A DNA stretch of 64,000 nt from an uncultured Desulfospira sp. (GTDB taxonomy: Bacteria; Desulfobacterota; Desulfobacteria; Desulfobacterales; Desulfobacteraceae): the NCBI GenBank assembly GCA_963663165.1, contig OY760175.1, forward strand, positions 6,080,001 to 6,144,000, in the 5' to 3' direction. The notes below the pieces were generated by a model. The model did no database searches, was not told the origin of the DNA, and saw only the letters and a list, made by a program, of their open reading frames with translations. Below are positions 21,063 through 31,538 of this stretch, piece by piece. Every line of letters starts with the position of its first letter. Positions within the stretch are counted from its first letter, which is position 1. The translations under genes and the position numbers were made by a program.

Positions 21063-22040
21063 ATGAAAAGTAGATATTTATTTATTGTTGTCATGATAAC
21101 TCTATGCTTTCCATACGGGTCCCCGGCCAAAATCAGCGAACTGGTCATCGCCGGTCCCCGGTCCTGTGTGGTTCACCCCTTAATCTATATGAAAGAAGCC
21201 GGGCTCCTGGACCCGGCAGCGGATAACATCAAACTGATTATCTGGAACAACCCCGACCAGCTGCGCGCCCTGATGGCCGGGGGACAGGTCCATTTCAGCG
21301 CCGTGCCCAGCTACGTGGCGGCCAATTTCTACAACAAAGGCCTTGGGTTAAAGCTGTTGAATATCTCCACCTGGGGGCTGTTGTGGCTGGTCTCTTCAGA
21401 CCCTGAGGTTAAAACCCTGGCCGATTTAAAAAACCAGACCATTACCCTGACCTATAAACGGGATCTGCCCGACCTGGTGTTTACAAATCTGGCCCAGGCC
21501 CAGGGCCTTGATCCCCAAAAGGATTTTAATTTAGCCTACCTTCCCGACTTCAAGGCCGTGGCCCAGGAACTGCTGAGCGGCAGGACCCACCATGCCATGC
21601 TGGCCGAGCCCATTGCCTCCATCACGGTGTTAAAATCCTCACAGCAGGGAATTTCAAAGGTCTACAGGGCCGTTGATATCCAGGCAGAATGGCAAAAGGT
21701 TCACCAGACAAAGCGGGGAATGCCCGAAGCCGGTATCTGTGCCTTGCCCTCAATTCTGGGCCAGCCCCAAATTGTCACCGCCTTTCAAAAGGCCTATGAA
21801 ACCGCCATTAATTTTTGCAAAACCCATCCGGATGAAGCGGCCGGTATCGTGGCCCGGTATTTACAAAAGACCAAGCCGGCCCCCATTGCCGCAGCCCTGA
21901 AAAATGCCCGGCTTGAATTTGTCACCGCCCTGGATGCCCGGCCCGAGCTGACCGACTTTTACAATGTGTTAATGGCGCTGAATCCGGAAAAAACAGGGGG
22001 CCGGCTGCCCGGGGACGGCTTTTACTGGCAAGACCGGTAA
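21063..22040 (+). CDS. ABC substrate-binding protein, NitT/TauT family
   Basis: Signal peptide; LADLKNQTI, LAEP, GGRLPGDGFY; first gene of SBP-permease-ATPase trio. Confidence 0.8.
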   Translation: MKSRYLFIVVMITLCFPYGSPAKISELVIAGPRSCVVHPLIYMKEAGLLDPAADNIKLIIWNNPDQLRALMAGGQVHFSAVPSYVAANFYNKGLGLKLLNISTWGLLWLVSSDPEVKTLADLKNQTITLTYKRDLPDLVFTNLAQAQGLDPQKDFNLAYLPDFKAVAQELLSGRTHHAMLAEPIASITVLKSSQQGISKVYRAVDIQAEWQKVHQTKRGMPEAGICALPSILGQPQIVTAFQKAYETAINFCKTHPDEAAGIVARYLQKTKPAPIAAALKNARLEFVTALDARPELTDFYNVLMALNPEKTGGRLPGDGFYWQDR

Positions 22041-22046
22041 CCGCCC

Positions 22047-22814
22047 ATGCCGGACCCGTATGTTAAAAAAACAACCCGGGCCCGTATTTTCACGGGCCTG
22101 GGGGTTGTCCTGGTTCTCGCCATATGGCAGGTGTTATCCCTTTTTGTGCATGACATTCTTCTGGCCTCTCCGGCCCAGGCAGGGGCCGCCCTTTGGCAGA
22201 TGTGGGGAACGGCCTATTTTGAGAACCATTTTACCGTCAGCCTCAAGCGTATTTTTTTAGGCCTTGTCCTGGGCACCTTCACAGGGTTTGCCCTTGGGAT
22301 CGGTGCCGGGCTCAATGATGATATCAAGCATCTTCTGGCACCCTTCCGGTGGATCATGCTCAGCATCTCCCCGGTGGTGCTGGTGGTGCTGGCCATGCTC
22401 TGGTTCGGCATGGGCAGCCGGATGGTGGTCTTTATTTCCACGGCCCTGACCGCTCCCATAGTTTATGTCAACACGGTCAAGGGAATTGAGATGGTGGATG
22501 ACCGGCTGGTGGAAATGGCCGACATCTATAAATTCGGCTTATGGCGGCGCATCAAAGATCTTTACATCCCCGCCATTACCGGTCCTTTGAGTGCGGCCAT
22601 GGTCCTGGTGACCTGCATGGGGGCACGGGTGGTTCTCCTGGCAGAGATCATGGGGGCGGACAACGGCATCGGGTTTGCCTTGGGCGAGGCCCGGGCCAAT
22701 CTTGAGGTGCCCATTCTCTTTGCCTGGGTCCTGGTCAGCCTGGCCATTGTGGCCCTGTTTGAATTTGTCCTGGTGGGGCCGGTTGAACGGTATTTTACGC
22801 GGTGGAAATCTTGA
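22047..22814 (+). CDS. ABC permease, NitT/TauT family
   Basis: SLKRIFLG, VKGIEMVD..LVEMA, LAEIMG..GIG. Confidence 0.85.
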   Translation: MPDPYVKKTTRARIFTGLGVVLVLAIWQVLSLFVHDILLASPAQAGAALWQMWGTAYFENHFTVSLKRIFLGLVLGTFTGFALGIGAGLNDDIKHLLAPFRWIMLSISPVVLVVLAMLWFGMGSRMVVFISTALTAPIVYVNTVKGIEMVDDRLVEMADIYKFGLWRRIKDLYIPAITGPLSAAMVLVTCMGARVVLLAEIMGADNGIGFALGEARANLEVPILFAWVLVSLAIVALFEFVLVGPVERYFTRWKS

Positions 22815-23443
22815 ATCCGGCCATTGAATTTAAAGGGGTGACCAAGACTTACCAGGGCAGGGATGTGCTGTCCAATTTAAGTTTTAAAATTAATCCCCAC
22901 GATGCGGTGGGCCTTCTGGGCAACAGCGGCATGGGCAAAACCACCATTTTAAAACTCATCGCCGGCATTGAAACCCCGGATGCCGGCACGGTGTCGGTCC
23001 ATGCCCGGCGGATCGGCTATGTATTCCAGGAGCCGAGGCTATTGCCGTGGAAAACAGCCCTTGACAACATCCGGCTGCCGTTGCGGGCCATGGGGGTTCC
23101 CAAGACACAAGCCCGTAAAAAGGCAATGGAGCTGCTTGATCTGATGGGACTGTCTGAATTTGCCCGCTACTATCCGTTAAAACTGTCCGGCGGCATGAAG
23201 CAGCGGGTTTCCCTTGCCAGGGCCTTTGCCGTAGACCCGGAGATCCTGTTGCTGGACGAACCCTTCAGCTCTCTTGACATCACGCTTAAAAATGAATTAA
23301 CCCTGATGCTCAAAGAGCGGCTTAAGATTCGGCCCGCCACCCTTTTGTACGTGTCCCACGCCCCTGATGAACTTGAACTATTGTGCGGCAAAATATTTAA
23401 TATGATTGCATCAGATGCGTTGAGCCTTGCCAAACCAATGTAA
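22802..23443 (+). CDS. ABC ATP-binding protein, NitT/TauT family
   Basis: GNSGMGKT, VFQEPRLLPW, LSGGMKQR, LLDEPF. Confidence 0.88.
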   Translation: MEILNPAIEFKGVTKTYQGRDVLSNLSFKINPHDAVGLLGNSGMGKTTILKLIAGIETPDAGTVSVHARRIGYVFQEPRLLPWKTALDNIRLPLRAMGVPKTQARKKAMELLDLMGLSEFARYYPLKLSGGMKQRVSLARAFAVDPEILLLDEPFSSLDITLKNELTLMLKERLKIRPATLLYVSHAPDELELLCGKIFNMIASDALSLAKPM

Positions 23444-23486
23444 AAGCCGCAAACCGCGCAGCCTTTCGCACGCCTTGCGGCTTTTT
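23442..23486. terminator. Bidirectional intrinsic terminator
   Basis: AAAAGCCGCAA...TTGCGGCTTTTT between convergent genes. Confidence 0.65.
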
Positions 23487-23507
23487 GTTCCTGTCCCTAT
23501 GGAGGGG

Positions 23508-24080
23508 TTAACGGGTTCTTCTTCTCAATCCCGAAAGACCGGCAAGGCCTGTGCCCAGCAGCAAAATGGTTCCGGGAACCGGAACCGGATTGATGGCCTC
23601 AACCCCATCGAAAAATTTCGCCGGGCCGGCGCTTAAGCGTACATATTGTGCCGAAGTCACGCCAAAGTCGGTAAAAAGATCATATCCCCATTCGGCAGCC
23701 GAACCCGGACTGGACTTGCCGAGCGCAACCTGATTCGACCAAGTTGCACCGTCCAATGAAACCGAGATATAGGCATTTGAACCCGGTCCGAATCCATAGA
23801 CAATCAGGTCGTCCCCGTCCCCATCGGTAAAAACCTGGTCAAATCCAAGCTCAATGTAGCCGGCCTCGCCAGCCCCCCAGCCGGTATAGCCTGAGCCGTC
23901 CATGGCGTCGGTTGGCGTCCCCAGGATAACCGACGTATCCAGAGCCCCATGGCAAGTGCCGTCCCAGTTATGAGCCGTGGTCCCGCCGATAATGGAAGAC
24001 GCATAAATCCCCGCGCTGGCCGATTGTGCTGCACATACAACCAAACCTGCCGTCATTAACATGGCTAAAATTTTTCTCAT
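23508..24080 (-). CDS. PEP-CTERM/VPLPA-CTERM-like surface protein
   Basis: Signal peptide; C-terminal PVPVPGTILLLGTGLAGLSGLRRRTR (motif, TM, basic tail). Confidence 0.88.
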   Translation of the reverse strand: MRKILAMLMTAGLVVCAAQSASAGIYASSIIGGTTAHNWDGTCHGALDTSVILGTPTDAMDGSGYTGWGAGEAGYIELGFDQVFTDGDGDDLIVYGFGPGSNAYISVSLDGATWSNQVALGKSSPGSAAEWGYDLFTDFGVTSAQYVRLSAGPAKFFDGVEAINPVPVPGTILLLGTGLAGLSGLRRRTR

Positions 24081-24104
24081 TTTTTAAAATCTCCTTTTAG
24101 TTTA

Positions 24105-24205
24105 GGTTTACATATGAAAGTCTCACCAACATTATGTAAAGACTTTCATTCTTTGTTATGGTCCGGATGCCTGGCTGGATAACCAGAGGCGTTCCGTGAC
24201 CGTTA
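24105..24205 (-). repeat. Diverged copy of the TAACGGCC repeat starting at the S8 stop codon
   Basis: Minus strand TAACGGTCACGGAACGCCTCTGGTTATCCAGCCAGG...GAAAGTCT..AGACTTTC. Confidence 0.7.
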
Positions 24206-26839
24206 TTCAAACGGTGCGGTTGTCCCCCATCTTTGCCTGAACATAATGAAATCATTCCTGTCAACCGTCCCGCTGCCGTCAAAATCGGTATCGGCGTTAC
24301 TGGTGCCCCAGGCCTGCCGGAATGTTATGAAATCGGACCGGTCAACACGCCCGTTATTATCCAGGTCACAATCACACATATTGCCATACCCGTCATTGTC
24401 CGTATCCTTCTGGTCCGGGTTGGCTGTTAAGGAACAATTGTCCAGATAATCGGGCACGGTATCATCGTCGGAATCAATGCCAAGATCCGCCAGGGCGCCG
24501 AAAAGATTAAGATGCCCCCCTGTCAGGGTTTTGCCGTCAAGGGCATTGGCCGGGGCGGACCCCTTAAGAAGTTTGCTTTTTATCTGGGCTGAACCGATTT
24601 GCCCAAATGCCGAAGCCACCAGCGCAGCCGCCCCGGTCACCTGGGGCGTTGCCATGGACGTGCCGCTTAAGTATTCATATCCGTATGTGTTTTCAGGAAC
24701 ACCAATGCCGATATCGTCGATATACACCCCGTCCTTTTGGATGGAGTAATCCGAGCTCATGACAAATTTAAATTTGAACCCGTCCCAGAAATATTTGGGG
24801 GGAATTTCATAGCTGTAAGATTTCCAGGCACCGTCGGAGCTGCCGGCAAATTCTCCGGCTTTTTCCCACCTGGCCGGGGTCGGCGCCACCGCCTCGCTGC
24901 CCGGTTCCCGCCACAGGCCCATGCCGTCTTCGACATCATCAAAGAAAAACACTGTTTGGCCATGGGCAATTTCAACATCATCCAGATAAATTCCGTCTTT
25001 GGTGACGGAATAATCTGTGGTGAGGACAAAAGCGGCCATAAATCCCGGGGCAAGGTACGCGTCAGGGACAGCAATGGAAAATTCCTCCCACCCGGCGGTA
25101 TGGTCCCCGTCAATGGCCAGCATGGATTCGGACCAGGTGTCACCGTTATCCTTGCTGAAATAGACGTCCAGGGAATCATAGCCGGATTCCACGATGCCGG
25201 TGAGCTTGAACTTAAATTCGGTTCCCGGTAAAGCCTTGGAAAGGTCTACCCCGGGCGACAGCAGCCATTGCTCCTTGTTGTTGGTGTATTCCCCGCCGGG
25301 GCTGTCGGTCCATGAGGATATGCCCGAAGCCGCCTTTTCCAGGGTGATTTGCCACGCCTCGGGAACAATGGGCGCTCCGGCCGGTTCCCCGGCAGTTCCC
25401 GGCGCAAGGTACCATACCTGCAAGGCGTCAAAATAGCCGTTGGCATAGACCTGTTCCATCTCATGCAAAGCCTTGAATCCAATGGAAAGCGGCGTTTCAA
25501 TGCCGGACAGGTCAATGGTGCGGCTAATGGCCGCAATGTCGGTTGATTTTTCATATGTCCCGCCCGGGCTGTCAGATAAGGCATGGGAGGGGCTTGATGC
25601 GTTCTCCTGGGTTATGGCCCAGGTTTCCTCCAGGGTAAAGTTGCCGGTTCCCGACTCAAGATCATCATAGAATACGGCATTGCCCGGATCAGGCTCATAA
25701 GCTGTTTCGTGCAGGTAAGTGCTTAAAATATCCTGGCCCGGTGCGCCCAGGTCAACGGTGGCAGCCCCGTAATTTGAAAAATAGGCCAGGCCCCCGTCAC
25801 TGTCTGTAGCGGCCACACTGATTATATTTTCCAGGGGATAGGAACTTGGATAATGGCCTGACCCCGAGGTTGAGTCATTGTTGGCCGCATCATTTCCGGC
25901 GGCGGCAACAAAGAGGATCCCGGCCTGTCCGAGGGCTTCAATGGCCTCCTGTTCAACGGTGTCCGGATCGCCGGTAAACCCAAAGGATGCATTGACCGCC
26001 ACAATATTGATATGTTCATATGTCTTCATATAAAGCAGGTAATTGATGGCTTCAAGCTCCATGGTTGTACTCATCCCGTCAGAATCCTGTTCAAAGCCTT
26101 TCAGGGCCATGATGCCCACCTGCCAGTTCACCCCGGCAACCCCAATTCCATTATTGCCTGAGGCCCCGATAATACCGGCACAATGGGTGCCGTGGCCGTC
26201 ATAATCCATGGGGTCTGAGTCTCCGTCACCGGAATCAATACCATAAATATCATCCACATACCCGTTGCCGTCATCGTCTATATGGTTTCCGGCAATTTCC
26301 CCCTCATTTACCCAGATATTGGCGGCCAGGTCAGGATGGGTATAATCCACCCCGGAATCAAGCACCGCAACCACCACATCCCTTGATCCTGTAGTGATGT
26401 CCCAGGCAGAATCCGATGCCATATCAAAGCCTTTGGTGCCGGGATTTGAATGGCACCACTGCTGCGTATAATACGGGTCATCGGGCAATGTGTTTTCAAG
26501 ATAACGGTAAACCACCGGCGAGACCGTGACCCCGCTGCTCTTTTGATTAATCTGTGAGAGTCCTTTATCCGCCTCTTCTTCCTTTGTTTCTATGACGTAG
26601 TACGCCCTGCCCGTAAATTCGGAAAGGGTGGTAAACCGTTTGGGGCCAAGGGATTTTTCATTTTTGAAAATGCTTTTCAGGGCATATTCTGCCCCGGCCT
26701 GGTCAACACTGAGAATATATTCTTTTTTGCCGGTTTTTTGATCTGCTGTTGATGCATGGCCTGCCAAGGCCTGGCCGGATATCAGGAACAGCGCGGCCAG
26801 CAGGGCCAGGGTAAACCCGGCGATATTGTTTTTTTTCAT
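24203..26839 (-). CDS. Secreted S8 subtilase with inserted jelly-roll domains and a TSP3 + dockerin-like tail
   Basis: Triad VAVLDSG / HGTHCAG / GTSMATPQV, oxyanion AAGN; tail DNC..NPDQ..GNMCDCDLDNNGRVDRSDF..DFDGSGTVDRNDF; start ATG 26839 with signal peptide. Confidence 0.9.
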   Translation of the reverse strand: MKKNNIAGFTLALLAALFLISGQALAGHASTADQKTGKKEYILSVDQAGAEYALKSIFKNEKSLGPKRFTTLSEFTGRAYYVIETKEEEADKGLSQINQKSSGVTVSPVVYRYLENTLPDDPYYTQQWCHSNPGTKGFDMASDSAWDITTGSRDVVVAVLDSGVDYTHPDLAANIWVNEGEIAGNHIDDDGNGYVDDIYGIDSGDGDSDPMDYDGHGTHCAGIIGASGNNGIGVAGVNWQVGIMALKGFEQDSDGMSTTMELEAINYLLYMKTYEHINIVAVNASFGFTGDPDTVEQEAIEALGQAGILFVAAAGNDAANNDSTSGSGHYPSSYPLENIISVAATDSDGGLAYFSNYGAATVDLGAPGQDILSTYLHETAYEPDPGNAVFYDDLESGTGNFTLEETWAITQENASSPSHALSDSPGGTYEKSTDIAAISRTIDLSGIETPLSIGFKALHEMEQVYANGYFDALQVWYLAPGTAGEPAGAPIVPEAWQITLEKAASGISSWTDSPGGEYTNNKEQWLLSPGVDLSKALPGTEFKFKLTGIVESGYDSLDVYFSKDNGDTWSESMLAIDGDHTAGWEEFSIAVPDAYLAPGFMAAFVLTTDYSVTKDGIYLDDVEIAHGQTVFFFDDVEDGMGLWREPGSEAVAPTPARWEKAGEFAGSSDGAWKSYSYEIPPKYFWDGFKFKFVMSSDYSIQKDGVYIDDIGIGVPENTYGYEYLSGTSMATPQVTGAAALVASAFGQIGSAQIKSKLLKGSAPANALDGKTLTGGHLNLFGALADLGIDSDDDTVPDYLDNCSLTANPDQKDTDNDGYGNMCDCDLDNNGRVDRSDFITFRQAWGTSNADTDFDGSGTVDRNDFIMFRQRWGTTAPFE

Positions 26840-26940
26840 TTGCTTGCCTTTTCCTTTCAAGAGATCAGGCTCAAGGGGGTCAGGCCCAAGGATATCAATA
26901 TCCACCAGCCTTTGCCCAACCGCTTTGAGCCTGACAACCA

Positions 26941-27597
26941 TTAGTCTTTAATCCTGGGGCGGTTCAGCCCGGTAAGGCCAAGCAGGCCTGCCCCGAAAAG
27001 GAAAAAGGCACCGGGCACCGGAACGGCAGAAACGTTCCCGGTGATGGTGATTCTGTAATCCCCGTAATCGCCCTCACCTTCGGAGTATGGAATGATCGCT
27101 ATCTGATTGAGGCCGGCAACGGCTTCGTCCACCGAGAAGTAGCCTGGGGGGTATCCACAGCTGCTGATGGCAATAATATAATCCCCGGCTTCAAAATCCT
27201 GGGAAATGTAGGCGTCATTTCCCCGGATAGTGCCGTCATTCCCTAAGCTGGCAAAGTTGTCGTCATTGGAGACATAGATATTCCCAGAAGAAAGCGAACC
27301 TTTGAATATGTGGACGGAAGCATCGATAAAAGATTGTTCTCCATCCTGATTGACATCTTTCCAAGACCAGTCATCAGGATCCTTTTCCCATGACAGAACG
27401 TCAATGGTAACGGTTCCGGCCTGGGCAACGGTAAAGTTCCAGTAGTCAACAGAAATGGTATCCAGACTTGTATCGTCTGCATCGTAGAACTCCTGGATAA
27501 TGGCACCCTCCATGACAAGCGTTGCTGCATTTGCCAGGGGAATGGTGAACATCCATAAAAATAAGGCCAGTAAAAGCAAACCTGTTTTCCGTTTCAT
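26941..27597 (-). CDS. PEP-CTERM-like protein (DVUA0089/PPC-like domain)
   Basis: Signal peptide; VDYWNFTV..VTIDV..NDD..AGDYIIAIS; AVPVPGAFFLFGAGLLGLTGLNR. Confidence 0.85.
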   Translation of the reverse strand: MKRKTGLLLLALFLWMFTIPLANAATLVMEGAIIQEFYDADDTSLDTISVDYWNFTVAQAGTVTIDVLSWEKDPDDWSWKDVNQDGEQSFIDASVHIFKGSLSSGNIYVSNDDNFASLGNDGTIRGNDAYISQDFEAGDYIIAISSCGYPPGYFSVDEAVAGLNQIAIIPYSEGEGDYGDYRITITGNVSAVPVPGAFFLFGAGLLGLTGLNRPRIKD

Positions 27598-28164
27598 TTA
27601 TATTTTCCTTTTTTTTCTTAATCCGGCAAGCATGATAAGACCTGATCCCAGAAGGGTTATCCCTCCCGGGACAGGGACAGCTGAGAGGGTGGCCAGGTCC
27701 AGGTCAACAACACTGTACTTTTTGGTTCCCGGTTCCAGGACAAAGGACCAGTTGTCTCCGGCCGTTATCATGTCACCGGGGTTGACCAGGAATACCTGTT
27801 CCACCCAAAGCCATTCTTCGCCGTTCCAATCGTTGGAGTAGACAAGGTCGTCCAGCAGGAAACGGGAATTGTCTCCTTCCATATAGAGTTTCCACTGCTC
27901 CCGGTCATTGTTGCTGTTGCCGGCATGGCGCAGGGTCATTTCATAGGATATTCCCTCTTGTGCGGCAAACCCGTTGAAGCTGAAATAAAAAGGCGTATGG
28001 CCGCTTGAAGAAACACTTCTGTAATCGCGTTCTTTTACCCCGTCAATGATGTTGTACCAGTCAATTTTGTTGTTTGCATTGGTCTGGGCATAGGCGGCAA
28101 AGGCTGTTGCACTTGACCCGGCCACCAGGGCCAGGACGCAAAACAATATGAATAATTTTTTCAT
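27598..28164 (-). CDS. PEP-CTERM-like surface protein
   Basis: Signal peptide; AVPVPGGITLLGSGLIMLAGLRKKRK. Confidence 0.88.
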   Translation of the reverse strand: MKKLFILFCVLALVAGSSATAFAAYAQTNANNKIDWYNIIDGVKERDYRSVSSSGHTPFYFSFNGFAAQEGISYEMTLRHAGNSNNDREQWKLYMEGDNSRFLLDDLVYSNDWNGEEWLWVEQVFLVNPGDMITAGDNWSFVLEPGTKKYSVVDLDLATLSAVPVPGGITLLGSGLIMLAGLRKKRKI

Positions 28165-28175
28165 TGGCGCTTCCT

Positions 28176-28790
28176 TTAGGCCCTTCTAAGGCCGGCAAGG
28201 GCGACAAGGCCTGTGCCCAAAAGAAGAACCGCGCCGGGAACCGGTACGGCAGACCCCGTGCTTTTCACCGTTACATCATCCACCTGGTATTCATAGTATG
28301 ACCATTCAGGCTGGTAGTATTCAAAGGCAAGCATCAGCTGCGTGGTGCCCTCAGCAAGGGTGATCTCCCAGGAGGCAGCCCCCTGAAACGTTTGGGTCCA
28401 CTCCTGAAGAGAGGTCCAGGTAGTCCCGTTATCAACGGAATAGGAAACGTCTGCATAACCGTCGGTTGTATCATGCTGATAGCTGACCTGTGCGATTACG
28501 GTAATACTCCCCACACCCGTCACGTCAATTCCCGGGCTGACCAGGGTGTCGTACCAGTCATCGGCCCAGGAACTGTAGGAATCGGCCATGGCAAATCCGC
28601 CGCTGCCGCCGGTAAAATTCCAGGAGCCGTTGCTGCTGTGTTCCCAGGTATACCCGTCACTATTGTTGTCGTTTACGGTCCAGCCTTCCAGGCCTGAACC
28701 AAAGTTTTCCGAAAAAAGAATATCTGCACCGGCGGTTGCGGCAACACTTAAAAAGAGAACCACCAAAAAGGTTATCCCTGTTTTTTTCAT
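28176..28790 (-). CDS. PEP-CTERM-like protein with cleaved-adhesin/MAM-like jelly-roll domain
   Basis: FSENF..GW..LVSPGIDV..VDDVTV; AVPVPGAVLLLGTGLVALAGLRR. Confidence 0.85.
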   Translation of the reverse strand: MKKTGITFLVVLFLSVAATAGADILFSENFGSGLEGWTVNDNNSDGYTWEHSSNGSWNFTGGSGGFAMADSYSSWADDWYDTLVSPGIDVTGVGSITVIAQVSYQHDTTDGYADVSYSVDNGTTWTSLQEWTQTFQGAASWEITLAEGTTQLMLAFEYYQPEWSYYEYQVDDVTVKSTGSAVPVPGAVLLLGTGLVALAGLRRA

Positions 28791-29230
28791 TTCAATTACT
28801 CCTTATTTTAGTTATGCGGTCATTATAAAAATATCTTTAACTAACTTATTTGCAAATAAAAACCCTCTGTGTAACTTGTTCCTCCTTATCATTTTTCCTT
28901 AAAATTTTAAAAAAACCGGTCGGGTTATTGTGAACCTCTCTTCACTTTTCCTGCTGGGCGATCCATACATCAGCTAATCTGTTGTGTCAAACTTTTTTTA
29001 AAATTTTAATATTTTTTTAATCTACAAATAAATTTTTATTAATTATTATTTTACATAAAAAAATCTTTTTTTGTTGACATAGATTGGATTTTGCTCTAAC
29101 AAACAATTCCGTGTTTTACAAATATCATTGGAAGATATTATTTTTAATTGCAGCAAAAACTATGAATGTCTCGACTAGTTAATCTTGCGTATAGACCGAT
29201 GTCGAGTAAAACCGAAAAAAAGGAGAAAAA

Positions 29231-30910
29231 ATGAAACAACGGTTCAGAAAAATCATTGCCACCGGCGCAATGATATTCATGTCAGGCTTTTTAGCTTCTG
29301 CGGCTATGGCTGATCCCAATTTCATGGTAAACGCCGCCACCTCGGGCACCGATGCCTTTTATGCGGTGGATACCACCCCCGGGGGGGGTTCTGTCGGCTT
29401 TGGCCAGACCGACGGTGATGTCGTGGCCGCCAAATTCAACCCTTACGGGAACATGGAATGGGCCCGGGCGTTTACCGATATCGGCGGCAGCAACTGCAAC
29501 AGCGGTGCCGCCGGTGACGACGGGATTTTCCTTACCGGCCGGGTTTCCGCCACCCAGTTGTGGATGGCCAAACTCAGCTTCCAGGGAGACGTTATCTGGC
29601 AGATGCAGTATGAATACGGCGGCTACTCCGGCCCCAACCTCATCGGCGTTTCCGTGGCCCCCACAGAAGACGGCGGCTGCCTGGTTCAGACCCGAATCAA
29701 ACCCAATGCGGACAATAACTATGATATCGGTCTGCTGCGGCTGGATGCCGACGGTGGCCTGCTATGGTCCAAAATCTACGGCACAGCCAATTATGACAGT
29801 ACCGGTGTGGTGATTGCCACCCAGGACACACAGGGCAATGCCGACGGTTTCCTTATCGCCACCCAGGAAGACGGCTGGGGCGGTGCTGCCCTTGACAACG
29901 AGATTATCCTGATCAAAATCAACGACAGCGGCGTTAAACAGTGGGTTAAAGCCTATGCCGGGTATGACTCGGCTGATTCCTTTGACGGCAACGAGTTCTT
30001 CAAGGGGATTACCCAGACCGCTGACGCCGGGTACGCCGTGGTGGGGCAAAGTTATTCAGCCGCTGACCCGTCCTGGACTTCCAACATCCGTATACCCTAT
30101 CTGCTCAAGGTGGACAATGCCGGTGCCGTAGTCTGGGGCAAGCGCTTCGGATCCCTGACAACCAATCCCGGCGACCACGCCTTTACCTACAGCGATGTGG
30201 CCCAGGCCATCAACAATACCGACCTGATTGTGGCCGGCCATACCCATGAAGCCAAGTTCTGGCTGCTGCGGTTTGCGGCTGACGGCAGCCTCCTCAACGA
30301 GATTGCCTATCCCTCAACTGATTCCGCATACGACCAGTTGGGCAGCATTGCCCCGGCACTGGACGGCGGCGCCGTGGCATCCCGCTGGTCCAAATCTTTT
30401 GGCGCGGGCGACTATGACGCGTTCATGATGAAGTTTGATGCCGATCTTAGCTTTAGCGGCACCGATTGCGACGGCGGATTTGATCCGGCATCCGAAATTG
30501 CCGCCATGCGCTTTGATGCCCAGGACGTTACCGAAAACTGCCGCGAGGAGGATATCACTGACCAGTGGACCGTATCAGCGGCAACTGCGGATGTTTACAA
30601 TCCCGGATTCTACCTGTGGTATTGCGCCGAAAATGCCGACACAGACGGCGACGGTGTATACGACCACCTGGACAACTGCCCGCTCACAGCCAACGCCGGC
30701 CAGGCCGACACCGACGGCGACGGCACCGGCAATGCCTGCGACTGTGATCTGAATAACGATGGAAGCGTAAGCCGCAGCGACTATGTCCTGCTCCGCAATC
30801 TGTGGAACAGTTCAGACGAAGCGGCTGACTTCAACGCTGACGGCAAAGTGAACCGGTCTGACTACATCATCTTGAGAAACCTGTGGAACACCAGCTATCC
30901 CTGGTATTAA
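29231..30910 (+). CDS. Secreted beta-propeller-like repeat protein with TSP3 + dockerin-like tail
   Basis: Repeats GNMEWARA/GDVIWQMQY/GGLLWSKIYG/GVKQWVKAY/GAVVWGKRFG; tail DLNNDGSVSRSDY..DFNADGKVNRSDY. Confidence 0.82.
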   Translation: MKQRFRKIIATGAMIFMSGFLASAAMADPNFMVNAATSGTDAFYAVDTTPGGGSVGFGQTDGDVVAAKFNPYGNMEWARAFTDIGGSNCNSGAAGDDGIFLTGRVSATQLWMAKLSFQGDVIWQMQYEYGGYSGPNLIGVSVAPTEDGGCLVQTRIKPNADNNYDIGLLRLDADGGLLWSKIYGTANYDSTGVVIATQDTQGNADGFLIATQEDGWGGAALDNEIILIKINDSGVKQWVKAYAGYDSADSFDGNEFFKGITQTADAGYAVVGQSYSAADPSWTSNIRIPYLLKVDNAGAVVWGKRFGSLTTNPGDHAFTYSDVAQAINNTDLIVAGHTHEAKFWLLRFAADGSLLNEIAYPSTDSAYDQLGSIAPALDGGAVASRWSKSFGAGDYDAFMMKFDADLSFSGTDCDGGFDPASEIAAMRFDAQDVTENCREEDITDQWTVSAATADVYNPGFYLWYCAENADTDGDGVYDHLDNCPLTANAGQADTDGDGTGNACDCDLNNDGSVSRSDYVLLRNLWNSSDEAADFNADGKVNRSDYIILRNLWNTSYPWY

Positions 30911-30946
30911 CCATAAAATCACATCTATATCTTTGGAGAAAATAAC

Positions 30947-31522
30947 ATGAAAAAGCACATGATTACCGTATTAACCCTTTTGTTCCTGGCCCTGGCGGCA
31001 ACCGCTGCCCAGGCCGCCCTGACCACAGAAAACTTTACCGGCACCATCACCACCGCAGCAGACGGCAACGTCTTCGGCGTATCCTCAGGCGACATCTTCA
31101 CCTGGTCCACGACCTATGATCTGGAAACATACCTGGCCAGTGATAAATGGCTGGTCATTGGCGACAGCGAGGACATGGCCCTGTCCGTAACCGTGGGCAG
31201 CCGCACCTTTGTCGAGACTGATGATGACTGTTATGGTGACGGTTTCATGGGTGCACCTTTGTTAAAGTTCGACAACGATAACAACATTATCGCTATCAGC
31301 TTTACGGTAAGTGATTATGACAACGGCTACCAGTTTATCACTAATACCAATAACGGAACCTTTAAGATTTACCTGTTGGACGAAGAGGGCGAAAAAGCAG
31401 GCACCGAAATCACCGGTGTTTTTTCCTTCGAACCTGCTGCCGTACCGGTACCCGGGGCCGTCTGGCTGCTGGGTTCCGGGCTGTTGGGCCTTGCCGGCCT
31501 GGGCCGCCGGTCCCAATCCTGA
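30947..31522 (+). CDS. PEP-CTERM-like surface protein
   Basis: Signal peptide; AVPVPGAVWLLGSGLLGLAGLGRR. Confidence 0.88.
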   Translation: MKKHMITVLTLLFLALAATAAQAALTTENFTGTITTAADGNVFGVSSGDIFTWSTTYDLETYLASDKWLVIGDSEDMALSVTVGSRTFVETDDDCYGDGFMGAPLLKFDNDNNIIAISFTVSDYDNGYQFITNTNNGTFKIYLLDEEGEKAGTEITGVFSFEPAAVPVPGAVWLLGSGLLGLAGLGRRSQS

Positions 31523-31538
31523 TTTTTTGATACAGTTC

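Noticed and set aside
28851..28866. Sigma54 promoter for the leftward PEP-CTERM operon
   Set aside because: Only GG-N10-GC spacing in AT-rich DNA, without TGGCAC context.
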